A stretch of DNA of 64,000 nucleotides from Paracoccaceae bacterium (lineage in GTDB: Bacteria > Pseudomonadota > Alphaproteobacteria > Rhodobacterales > Rhodobacteraceae): assembly GCA_965183835.1 (NCBI GenBank), contig CBCYME010000010.1, forward strand, positions 188,102 through 252,101, given 5' to 3'. Below are positions 9,815-17,786 of this stretch, one piece after another. The translations under genes and the position numbers were made by a program. The notes below the pieces were generated by a model. The model did no database searches, was not told the origin of the DNA, and was given only the letters and a program-made list of their open reading frames with translations. Position 1 is the stretch's first letter. Every line of letters begins with the position of its first letter.

Positions 9815-9891
9815 CGGAGTGTAGCTCAGTCTGGTAGAGCACTGCCTTTGGGAGGCAGGGGCCGTGAGTTCGAATCTCTCCTCTCCGACCA
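9815..9891 (+). tRNA. tRNA-Pro (anticodon TGG)
   Basis: Cloverleaf readable by eye: D-arm GCTC/GAGC, anticodon stem CTGCC/GGCAG with loop TTTGGGA, T-loop TTCGAAT, 3' CCA encoded. Two U-U mismatches occur, one in the acceptor stem and one in the T stem. Confidence 0.85.
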
Positions 9892-10112
9892 AATTAAATC
9901 AAATACTTACGCGGAATGTCAAAACCACTGATGCGGCGGCGCATTGGGGGTATCTTTGGCCATTCCCAAGCTCAATCCAGCCCCTAGATCCGCTGCTTTA
10001 AGGCCCGATAAGAGGGGCTAATTTAGTGAAGATTGAGCCACATTTGGCACGGAAAATCCCGACAGATTGATCAGAACGATCAGGGCAGTAAACTATTATG
10101 TCTGGGGGTATA

Positions 10113-10188
<76 letters not shown>

Positions 10189-10399
10189 GGTGCGCCGGAA
10201 TTACCCAAGCCCGCTGGTGGACACAAGAGCAGAATCACATTTTTTTCATCTTTCTTGAAAAAAACCGATGAAGCCAATGATCGCCCTATGCACAGGCCCA
10301 GTCGCGCGATCCAGAACCGGAACCACGACGGGGCGTATTTGGTCGCCTGCAAAGTTTCTTCTTCTACGGGCACGGCATCTGAACTAAGACTGCTACCCC

Positions 10400-11407
10400 A
10401 TGACCCAAGCAAAAACGCAGCACTTTGGCTTTCTCTTAATGCCCAACTTTCCGATGGCCTGCCTGACGTCAGCCATCGAACCCATTCGGGCCGCAAACGA
10501 GATCTGCGGATATGATGCGTTCAGATGGACGTTGATTTCAGAAACCGGTGAAAAGGTTATGGCCAGCGCGCAAGTTCAGTTCCAGCCAGATCAGACGCTA
10601 GATCAGGTTGACGGGCTGGATCGTTTGTTCATTCTTTCAAGCCCCACCAGTCAGTTTCAGGATCCCAAACGCAGCAATGGCACGCTGCGCAAATTGGCCC
10701 GCCACGGCATGTCTATTGGCGCTGTCAGCGGCGGGGTCTTTCCGCTGGCGCGGTCCGGCCTGCTGGACAACCAGTCAGAAACATCCGTCCACTGGTGTTA
10801 CAAAGCTGCGTTTATCAACGAGTTCCCACAGATCAAAACCAATGATGATGTTTTGGTGCTTAACCCCCGCTGCATGACGGTCTCGGGGGCCGCCGCTGCA
10901 TTTGACCTGATGTTACATTTGATTGCCGAACAACTGGGCGAAATGGTGATGACAGAAGTTGCATGTTGGTTTCAGCACCCCTTGGTGCGCTCTGAAGGGG
11001 TGAACCAAGCGCTGCCGTCGTTCACAACCGAAAGCACTGCGGATGGACTGCCCAATATCGTCTCTGAGGCCATTCAAATCTTCACAACCCATATCGAAGA
11101 CCCGCTTTCGATCGCTGATGTGGCAGATTTGATTGGTGTTTCTGCACGGCAGTTAGAGCGGACGTTCAAAACCTCGACCCAACAAAGCCCGGGCCAGTAT
11201 TACCGCGATCTGCGTATGCGGGCCGCGCGCCAGCTGCTGATTTACTCTCGCGATTCGCTCAATTCAATTGCGAATTCCGTGGGTTACGCCAAAACTTCGG
11301 CTTTGACGCGCCACTATCAAGAAAGCTTTGGGATCACCCCTCAAGAGGAACGCAATCGCATCAACGTCTTTCGGGTCACGGACAATCGACCCCTTCCGTC
11401 GTCCTGA
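10400..11407 (+). CDS. GlxA-family transcriptional regulator (DJ-1/PfpI-like domain + AraC-type HTH)
   Basis: 335-aa ORF. The N-terminal half resembles a type-1 glutamine amidotransferase-like domain (FGFLLMPNFPMACLTSAIEP). The C-terminal part has an AraC HTH (LSIADVADLIGVSARQLERTFK...YRDLRMRAARQLL). Confidence 0.85.
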   Translation: MTQAKTQHFGFLLMPNFPMACLTSAIEPIRAANEICGYDAFRWTLISETGEKVMASAQVQFQPDQTLDQVDGLDRLFILSSPTSQFQDPKRSNGTLRKLARHGMSIGAVSGGVFPLARSGLLDNQSETSVHWCYKAAFINEFPQIKTNDDVLVLNPRCMTVSGAAAAFDLMLHLIAEQLGEMVMTEVACWFQHPLVRSEGVNQALPSFTTESTADGLPNIVSEAIQIFTTHIEDPLSIADVADLIGVSARQLERTFKTSTQQSPGQYYRDLRMRAARQLLIYSRDSLNSIANSVGYAKTSALTRHYQESFGITPQEERNRINVFRVTDNRPLPSS

Positions 11408-11498
11408 TCTGTCCTATTCACGCGTGCGGGACAGCATTTGAACGACACAATCGCACCATGACTTTCTATTGGCACGAAACATAGATAGCCTGCTTGGC

Positions 11499-12110
11499 AT
11501 GACAAAGCCCATGGATCCTCTCGAACAACACCGCCCCCTTGATCAAGTCGTTGGTACCGCCGTGAAGAACGACCGTACCATGGCAGGTCTGACTCTTTCA
11601 GAGCTGTCGAAACTGTCCTCCGTATCCACGGCAATGATTTCCAAGATCGAGCGCGGTCAGGTCTCGGCCTCCTTATCCACGCTCGATGCACTTGCGCAGG
11701 CGATTGGGGTTCCGCTGGTGAACTTTTTTGCGGGCACCACCGGCAGAACAGATGTGTCTTTTGTCCCTGCAGGCGAGGGCATCCATGTGCAACGCCAGGG
11801 CAGCGCCTTTGGTCATTTCTATCGCATGATTGGACGCGCAGCGGCCGACCACGTCAGCTATGAAAGTTTTGTTGTCACGTTGGAACAACCGCTGGCCGTC
11901 CGCCCGTTTTATCGCCACCGTGGGGTCGAATTCATACATATCCTGTCTGGCGAGATGGTCTTTCGCTGCGGTGATGGGTCTTTTGACATGGCCCCCGGTG
12001 ACAGCCTGTCGTTTGATTCCTGCGCCGCCCATGGCCCAACCGAACTTAAGACCGAGATGGTGACATTTCTGACCGTCATCAGCAAAGCGGACGGGCCTGA
12101 AATGGTGTGA
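11499..12110 (+). CDS. XRE-family HTH + cupin domain transcriptional regulator
   Basis: The ORF opens at 11469; the first ATG is at 11499. An HTH_3 motif (LTLSELSKLSSVSTAMISKIERGQ) is followed by a cupin-like C-terminus (HRGVEFIHILSGEMVF). Confidence 0.8.
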   Translation: MTKPMDPLEQHRPLDQVVGTAVKNDRTMAGLTLSELSKLSSVSTAMISKIERGQVSASLSTLDALAQAIGVPLVNFFAGTTGRTDVSFVPAGEGIHVQRQGSAFGHFYRMIGRAAADHVSYESFVVTLEQPLAVRPFYRHRGVEFIHILSGEMVFRCGDGSFDMAPGDSLSFDSCAAHGPTELKTEMVTFLTVISKADGPEMV

Positions 12111-12171
12111 TGGCACTGCCCACCCGCGATTGTTCTTGATATGAAATTTTTTTCTTGTTAGTAAAATTCTG

Positions 12172-12200
12172 TCGGAATACCGACGGGATACTTTCCGACG
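12172..12200. promoter_or_regulatory. Candidate operator upstream of the Rieske oxygenase gene
   Basis: The palindrome GTCGG-AATA-CCGAC lies at 12172-12185, with a further CCGAC half-site at 12196-12200. It sits in an AT-rich 130-nt intergenic region. Confidence 0.3.
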
Positions 12201-12239
12201 CCCTGTTTCCAGAAGATTCCAGATATCCGGGGGTGCGGA

Positions 12240-13298
12240 ATGCAAAAAGATCTTATTGGTGGCCCAGCGTTTGTACGCGACAGTTGGTATGTCGCGGGAC
12301 GAAGCAACGACTTTGACCAAACTTTAACGGCGGCAACCCTGCTGAGCGAAGAAATCGTGATCTTTCGCGGTGAGTCTGGCGCGCCAATCGCGCTGGAAGA
12401 CGCCTGCCCCCACCGTAAATTACCGCTGTCACGCGGCCAGATCCAAGGCGATACCGTGGTGTGCGGCTATCACGGCCTTACGTTTGATTGCACAGGGTCG
12501 TGCGTCTCAGCCCCCACGCAGGAAAACGCTATTCCAAAGCGGGCCGTTGTGCGCAGCTATCCGGTAGAAGACCGCTATGGGTTTCTGTGGATCTGGATGG
12601 GCGACCCAGACAAAGCCGACCCGGCTGACATCATCGACATCCCGAATTTCGACAACCCAAGCTGGGGCAAAACCCAGTGCGGCGCGATGGCGATGGCCTG
12701 CAACTACCTGTACATCACAGACAATCTGCTGGACCCCAGCCATGTGGCGTGGGTGCACGTGACCTCTTTTGGGGGCGCGGGCACAGACAATCGCCCACTA
12801 GAGCTGGAAGAGAGCGACGACGCGGTTGTCATCTATCGCTGGATCGCCTCGGAACCCGCCCCACCCTATTACGCTGCGATGCTGCCCTTTGGCGACAATT
12901 GCGACCGAAAACAGCACTACGAATGCCGCATTCCGTCCACCGCCGTGAACATGTCTGTCTATACCCCACCGGGACAAGGCGGAGCTGACAAACCGCTGTC
13001 GGACGAGGCGTTCGTCAACATTTCGTACAATTTCATCACGCCGGTGGACGAAGAAAATTCGCTCTATTTCTGGTTTCAGCACCGCAACATGCACCCGGAC
13101 GACACCGCCCTGAACCAACGTATGTTCGAGGGTGCGATCATGGCCTTTAACGAGGACAAAGAGATCCTCGAAGAAGTTCAGCGCGGTATGGCCAAACGTA
13201 AAACACCCTATCTGAATCTTGGATTGGATGCAGGTGCGATGCGGTTCCGGCAAAAAGTTGACCGCCGCCTGACAGCAGAAACAGACACTCAATCCTGA
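12240..13298 (+). CDS. Rieske [2Fe-2S] non-heme iron oxygenase, alpha/VanA-like subunit
   Basis: 352-aa ORF with the Rieske motif CPHRKLPLSRG...CGYHGLTF. A mononuclear-iron region is present (NLLDPSHVAWVH). The overall size and layout are VanA/demethylase-like. Confidence 0.85.
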   Translation: MQKDLIGGPAFVRDSWYVAGRSNDFDQTLTAATLLSEEIVIFRGESGAPIALEDACPHRKLPLSRGQIQGDTVVCGYHGLTFDCTGSCVSAPTQENAIPKRAVVRSYPVEDRYGFLWIWMGDPDKADPADIIDIPNFDNPSWGKTQCGAMAMACNYLYITDNLLDPSHVAWVHVTSFGGAGTDNRPLELEESDDAVVIYRWIASEPAPPYYAAMLPFGDNCDRKQHYECRIPSTAVNMSVYTPPGQGGADKPLSDEAFVNISYNFITPVDEENSLYFWFQHRNMHPDDTALNQRMFEGAIMAFNEDKEILEEVQRGMAKRKTPYLNLGLDAGAMRFRQKVDRRLTAETDTQS

Positions 13299-13311
13299 AA
13301 GGATCCCGCCC

Positions 13312-13893
13312 ATGACCGCATGGATTGAAATGATTGACGACGACACCGCTGATGGTCGACTGAAAGAGCTGCTCGACAAAGCACGCACCCCGCACGGCAC
13401 GGTAGACACCGTGATGCGCGTCCATTCGTTGCGCCCCGAAACGATGAATGGGCATGTGACCCTCTATCGGTCCGTTTTGCACAGCAAAGACAACACCCTG
13501 CCGTTCTGGTTCCTTGAGGTGATCGCCAGCTACACCTCGATCATCAATGATTGCACGTATTCGCTGACCCATCATTTCATGAACGTGCGCAACCTGATCA
13601 AAGACCAGCCCCGGTCGGACCGCATTTTCCTCGCGCTTAAAGCGCACCGCCCCGAAGATGAATTCAAAGGCAAAGAACTGGAATTGCTGCGATATGCAGG
13701 GAAACTAACTGCAAATGTAGGGAAAATGATAAAATCCGACTTTGAGGCGCTTAAAATCGCCGGTTGTTCGGATGGCGAGATTTTAGAAGTGAACCAAGTC
13801 TGTGCCTACTTCAACTACTCCAACCGCCTATTGAATGGCTTGGGCGCAACGACAGATGGTGATATAATAGGGTTTTACACAGGCGACGAATAA
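13312..13893 (+). CDS. Carboxymuconolactone decarboxylase (AhpD-like) family / peroxidase-related protein
   Basis: 193-aa ORF starting 13 nt after the Rieske gene, with AAAGGA upstream. It has AhpD-like helical-domain features (INDCTYSLTHH, LEVNQVCAYFNYSNR). Confidence 0.75.
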   Translation: MTAWIEMIDDDTADGRLKELLDKARTPHGTVDTVMRVHSLRPETMNGHVTLYRSVLHSKDNTLPFWFLEVIASYTSIINDCTYSLTHHFMNVRNLIKDQPRSDRIFLALKAHRPEDEFKGKELELLRYAGKLTANVGKMIKSDFEALKIAGCSDGEILEVNQVCAYFNYSNRLLNGLGATTDGDIIGFYTGDE

Positions 13894-14041
13894 CGCCCAC
13901 CCCCGGCGATGGAATACTCACAACCATCGCCCGTCAGGTTGCGGTGCCCAGGTTATTTCCACGCCTCCAGATATTCACTCACCAATCTGGAGGCGGCGTC
14001 AGGGATCCCCTGACAGGCTGGCCGAGGCGCCGCGACCGACG

Positions 14042-15097
14042 TTAAGATTTTGCACACTCTGCGATTTGGGCGGATATGTTTCGCAGAAGATTCACATAGA
14101 AATCTGACCCTGTTTCAATGCCAACCCCAAGCGGGTCCAACACGGCAGAGTTTGCCTGACTGTTTTCGATAACTGTCGCAACAATCTCGACATTGAACTG
14201 CGGCTCAGAGAACACGCAAGTCACCTCGAGGTCACGCACATTCTGCTGAACAGACTGTACCCGCGCCGGGCTTGGGTCGCTCGCGTCGCTCAGTGAAATT
14301 GCGCCCACAGCGTGAACATCAAACCGCCCTTCGAAGTAGTGATAGGCGTCATGCAACACGACAAAACGGGTTGATTTGGCCCCGGCCAGCTCTGCTGATA
14401 TCGCCTTTTCCGCCTCATCTATATCCGCTTTTCCGTTGGCTGCATTTTCTAGATACCGATCCGCATTTTCGGGATCCAGGCGGGCCAATTCAGCTGAAAT
14501 GACATCCAGCCAGTGTTTGCCATTTACCGGATCAAGCCAGGCGTGCGGGTCGACGCCATCGTGATCATGCGCGTGTTCATCATCCGAATCATGGTCCGCA
14601 TCTTTGTCATCCGCATGGTCATCATGATCGCCGTCATCCGCGTGATCATCGTGCCCGCCCTCATCCGCATGGTCGTCATGATCGCCGTCACCGGCATGAT
14701 CGTCGTGATCGTCGTGATCGTCGTGATCGTCGTGATCAAAAACAGGCCCCTCTCTGAATTGCAAACGAACGGTTCCGTCCGCATCCAGCAAAGACACAAC
14801 CCTGGCATCGTGGGCCAGTCGCTCGATCGAGCGATCCAGCCACGGCGTCAGCTCTTCGCCAATCCAAAACACAATATCTGCCTGATCCAGCGCCCCCGCT
14901 TCCGACGGGCGCAGCGCATATTCGTGCGGCGAAGCCCCCGGGCGCACGATCAAGTCGGGGGATCCAACCCCCTGCATGACTTGTGCAACAAGTGAATGAA
15001 CCGGGGCGATATCCGCGACAACCCGCGGCACCTCAGCCTGCGCCACAGCGCCCAGCCCCAAGCCAGCCCCTAAGGCAATTGGAAAAATTCTACGCAT
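14042..15097 (-). CDS. znuA: Zinc ABC transporter substrate-binding protein with a long His/Asp-rich loop
   Basis: The ORF extends to 15109, but the second ATG (15097) gives the signal peptide MRRIFPIALGAGLGLGAVAQA. ZnuA/TroA fold motifs are present, plus a ~60-aa DHDDHDDH... loop. It is divergent from zur-znuCB. Confidence 0.9.
   Translation of the reverse strand: MRRIFPIALGAGLGLGAVAQAEVPRVVADIAPVHSLVAQVMQGVGSPDLIVRPGASPHEYALRPSEAGALDQADIVFWIGEELTPWLDRSIERLAHDARVVSLLDADGTVRLQFREGPVFDHDDHDDHDDHDDHAGDGDHDDHADEGGHDDHADDGDHDDHADDKDADHDSDDEHAHDHDGVDPHAWLDPVNGKHWLDVISAELARLDPENADRYLENAANGKADIDEAEKAISAELAGAKSTRFVVLHDAYHYFEGRFDVHAVGAISLSDASDPSPARVQSVQQNVRDLEVTCVFSEPQFNVEIVATVIENSQANSAVLDPLGVGIETGSDFYVNLLRNISAQIAECAKS
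14607..14737 (-). repeat. Nested in-frame tandem repeats encoding the ZnuA His/Asp loop
   Basis: (GATCGTCGT)x4 plus GATC occupies 14698-14737, encoding (HDD)n on the minus strand. A 30-nt unit at 14607-14636 recurs at 14661-14690 (29/30 identical, 54-nt period). Confidence 0.85.
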
Positions 15098-15116
15098 GTC
15101 ATACCCCATGTAACTT

Positions 15117-15162
15117 TATAACATATCATGGGGGTTGTTATGCGTCATAGTATAACATATCA
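15117..15162. promoter_or_regulatory. Two candidate Zur boxes in the znuA <> zur divergent promoter region
   Basis: The exact 12-nt direct repeat TATAACATATCA occurs at 15117-15128 and 15151-15162. It lies in an AT-rich 90-nt intergenic region and contains the ATAACAT half-site of AT-rich Fur/Zur-type operators. Confidence 0.5.
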
Positions 15163-15199
15163 AGCCCCAAATTAGGGCTGGCACAAAAGGAGCACGATC

Positions 15200-15682
15200 A
15201 TGGACGCGATAGGGTTCACCCATCACGATCACAACTGCTGCATTCAAAACACCGTTGATGTCGCCGACAAGCACTGCAAACAGGCTGGGTTGCAGTTAAC
15301 TCCAATCCGCAAACGCGTTCTGGAAATCCTGCTGGAAGAGCACCGCGCACTTGGGGCTTATGAGATCCTAGACCGGTTGCGGCAGGAAAACCTTGGCTCG
15401 CAGCCCCCGGTTGCCTATCGCGCCCTGGATTTTCTGGTGAAAAATGGCTTTGCCCACAAAATCGAACGCATGAATGCCTTTGTTGCCTGCACCCAACCGG
15501 GCGAAGCGCACACCCCGGTGTTTATGATCTGCCGAGAATGCGACACCGTGGCCGAATCGACCTCGGAGCTCAGCCAGGGTCAACTTGGACGCACCGCCAA
15601 AGACCTTGGATTTTCGATTGAACGGATCGTGATCGAGGCCGAAGGGCTGTGCCCGAATTGTCAGAGCCACGCCCCATCATGA
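15200..15682 (+). CDS. zur: Zinc uptake regulator (Fur family)
   Basis: 160-aa ORF with AAAGGAG upstream. It has a Fur-family wHTH and metal-site cysteines (CRECD...CPNC). It lies directly upstream of znuC with an ATGA overlap. Confidence 0.85.
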   Translation: MDAIGFTHHDHNCCIQNTVDVADKHCKQAGLQLTPIRKRVLEILLEEHRALGAYEILDRLRQENLGSQPPVAYRALDFLVKNGFAHKIERMNAFVACTQPGEAHTPVFMICRECDTVAESTSELSQGQLGRTAKDLGFSIERIVIEAEGLCPNCQSHAPS

Positions 15683-16422
15683 GCCTCATTGAACTAAAAG
15701 GGCTGTCAGTCCGTTACGGTGGCAGAACTGTCCTCAGCCATGTGGATCTCTCCCTCAGCGCGGGAGAAATCGTAACCGTTGTTGGCCCCAATGGATCGGG
15801 AAAATCGACGTTGCTGCGGGCCATTATCGGCGCCCAACGCCCCAATGGCGGCACCGTATTAAAACAGGCCGGTCTACGGATTGGCTATGTCCCGCAAAAG
15901 CTGCACATTGATCCAACCCTGCCACTTACCGTCCGACGGTTCCTCAGCCTGCCGAACCGTGTCAGCGACACCGCCGCCAAAGACGCATTGGCCCAAGCCG
16001 GGGCCGGCGATTTGATGGGCTCGCAAATGTCCGCGCTTTCTGGTGGTCAGTTTCAGCGCGCCTTGCTTGCACGGGCGTTGTTGATGCGCCCCCAACTGCT
16101 CATTCTGGACGAAGCCACCCAAGGGCTGGATCAACCCGGATCGGCGGCCTTTTACCGTCAGATCGAAGATGTGCGCAAAACAATCGGATGTGCTGTCTTG
16201 ATGGTCAGTCACGAATTGCACGTTGTTATGGCCGCCTCTGACCGGGTGATCTGCCTGAACGGCCACATCTGTTGCGAGGGCGCGCCTGAACATGTCGCCT
16301 CGGCCCCGGAATACCGCGCCCTGTTTGGGACCGGCACCCAAGGCGCGCTGGCGCTCTATCGCCACGAACACAATCACCACCATGACCACGACCATGATCA
16401 CACGCACGAGACTTCAGCATGA
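15679..16422 (+). CDS. znuC: Zinc ABC transporter ATP-binding protein with a His-rich C-terminal tail
   Basis: ATG 15679 overlaps the zur stop. Walker A (GPNGSGKST), signature (LSGGQFQR) and Walker B (LLILDE) are present. The tail is HEHNHHHDHDHDHTHE. Confidence 0.9.
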   Translation: MSLIELKGLSVRYGGRTVLSHVDLSLSAGEIVTVVGPNGSGKSTLLRAIIGAQRPNGGTVLKQAGLRIGYVPQKLHIDPTLPLTVRRFLSLPNRVSDTAAKDALAQAGAGDLMGSQMSALSGGQFQRALLARALLMRPQLLILDEATQGLDQPGSAAFYRQIEDVRKTIGCAVLMVSHELHVVMAASDRVICLNGHICCEGAPEHVASAPEYRALFGTGTQGALALYRHEHNHHHDHDHDHTHETSA

Positions 16423-17228
16423 GCGTTTTCCTCGACAGTTTTCTGATGCGCGCCGCCCTCGCCGGTCTGGGCGTCGCACTGGCCGCAGCCCCTTTGGGGT
16501 GCTTTGTCGTCTGGCGGCGGATGGCCTATTTTGGCGATGCAACCGCACATGCCTCGATCATGGGCGTTGCCCTCGCGCTCAGCTTTTCGATGTCCATTTT
16601 TGTGGGCGTGTTGGCGGTGTGCTTGATCATGGCGACGACAATCTCAACGCTCAGCGGACGTGGATATGCGATGGACACCCTGCTGGGGGTTGTCGCCCAT
16701 TCTTCGCTTGCGATTGGCCTGATCGCAGTGTCGCTCATCCAAGATGTGCGCGTCGATCTGATGTCATACCTGTTCGGCGACATCTTGGCGGTAAACAAAA
16801 TTGATCTGATGGTGATTTGGGGCGGGGCAGCGCTGGTGCTGGCCCTGATTTGGTGGCGCTGGTCTGGTCTGTTGCTCTCGACGTTGAACCCTGACCTTGC
16901 ACGTGCGTCTGGCATAGACCCCAAGCGGGAACAATTGATTCTGACACTGGCCCTGTCTGTGGTCGTCGCCGTTGCGATCAAAGTGGTGGGTGTGCTGCTG
17001 ATTGCCGCGATGCTGATCATCCCGGCCGCAACCGCACGGCCCTTTGCCAACACGCCCGAGCGGATGGTTGTGATCGCCGCCTGCCTTGGGGGGCTCGCCG
17101 CATTGGGCGGGCTTCAGGCATCATACCATTTCGACACGCCGACCGGGCCATCCATCGTCTGCCTTGCCGCCATTTTCTTTACGGCGTCCGGCGTGACCCA
17201 TTGGATAAAAACAAGGCTGCACGCATAA
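16419..17228 (+). CDS. znuB: Zinc ABC transporter permease
   Basis: 269-aa polytopic ORF with an ATGA overlap with znuC. It resembles the ABC-3 family. Confidence 0.9.
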   Translation: MSVFLDSFLMRAALAGLGVALAAAPLGCFVVWRRMAYFGDATAHASIMGVALALSFSMSIFVGVLAVCLIMATTISTLSGRGYAMDTLLGVVAHSSLAIGLIAVSLIQDVRVDLMSYLFGDILAVNKIDLMVIWGGAALVLALIWWRWSGLLLSTLNPDLARASGIDPKREQLILTLALSVVVAVAIKVVGVLLIAAMLIIPAATARPFANTPERMVVIAACLGGLAALGGLQASYHFDTPTGPSIVCLAAIFFTASGVTHWIKTRLHA

Positions 17229-17270
17229 TTGCGGGCAGCCCCATGAAAACCGGTTAAGTCGAACGGGCGA

Positions 17271-17651
17271 TCAGAACCCGTGCATGCGTTTGGCCCATTG
17301 GTATCCGACGATCAGCCCCTTCATCCGCGGCAACAAAGCCAAGGCGCTGCCAACGGCAAGCACCGACATAATCAGCGCCAGATCAAGCGGTTCCGGGCGC
17401 CATTGAGTGAATGCGATGTGCAAAGCAAAGCCCAGAATGTGACCCACGATCAGAATGGTCAGATACGCCGGACCATCATCCGCCCGCTGGGGCGTCAGAT
17501 CCAAACCGCAATTCGAGCAGCTGTCGTTCACTTTGACATAGCTATGCAGCAATTTGCCCTTACCACAGCGCGGACACTTAAGCCGCAATCCATTCAGGAT
17601 CGCCGGCTTCACTTCGCGTGTTTCTATTTCCTGCGCGGGTGCATCCGTCAT
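17271..17651 (-). CDS. DUF983 domain-containing protein (zinc-ribbon + 2 TM)
   Basis: The ORF extends to 17705, but ATG 17651 is preceded by AAGGAGAG. It has CPRCGKGKLL...CSNCGLDL followed by two hydrophobic helices. Confidence 0.75.
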   Translation of the reverse strand: MTDAPAQEIETREVKPAILNGLRLKCPRCGKGKLLHSYVKVNDSCSNCGLDLTPQRADDGPAYLTILIVGHILGFALHIAFTQWRPEPLDLALIMSVLAVGSALALLPRMKGLIVGYQWAKRMHGF

Positions 17652-17786
17652 CGCATTCTCTCCTTGAGTCGCGGGATACATAGATTGAACCCAAATTGAT
17701 TGCAATCATTATTGAGTACAATGTGGTTGCAATGTATGCACCACCCCCTTAATGATCGTGCAGCCATGAAAAATGAGGCCCCCTCC

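Noticed and set aside
14698-14737. Short perfect tandem repeats that might be mistaken for a CRISPR-like or VNTR locus
   Set aside because: The 9-nt units have no spacers and lie in frame inside znuA, encoding (HDD)n. This is not a CRISPR array.
14513-14995. 160-aa plus-strand ORF (and the 94-aa minus-strand ORF at 14524-14808) with I/V/M/R- or T/I/M-rich repeats
   Set aside because: These are alternative-frame and antisense readings of the ZnuA His/Asp repeat region. They have no start context and no independent support.
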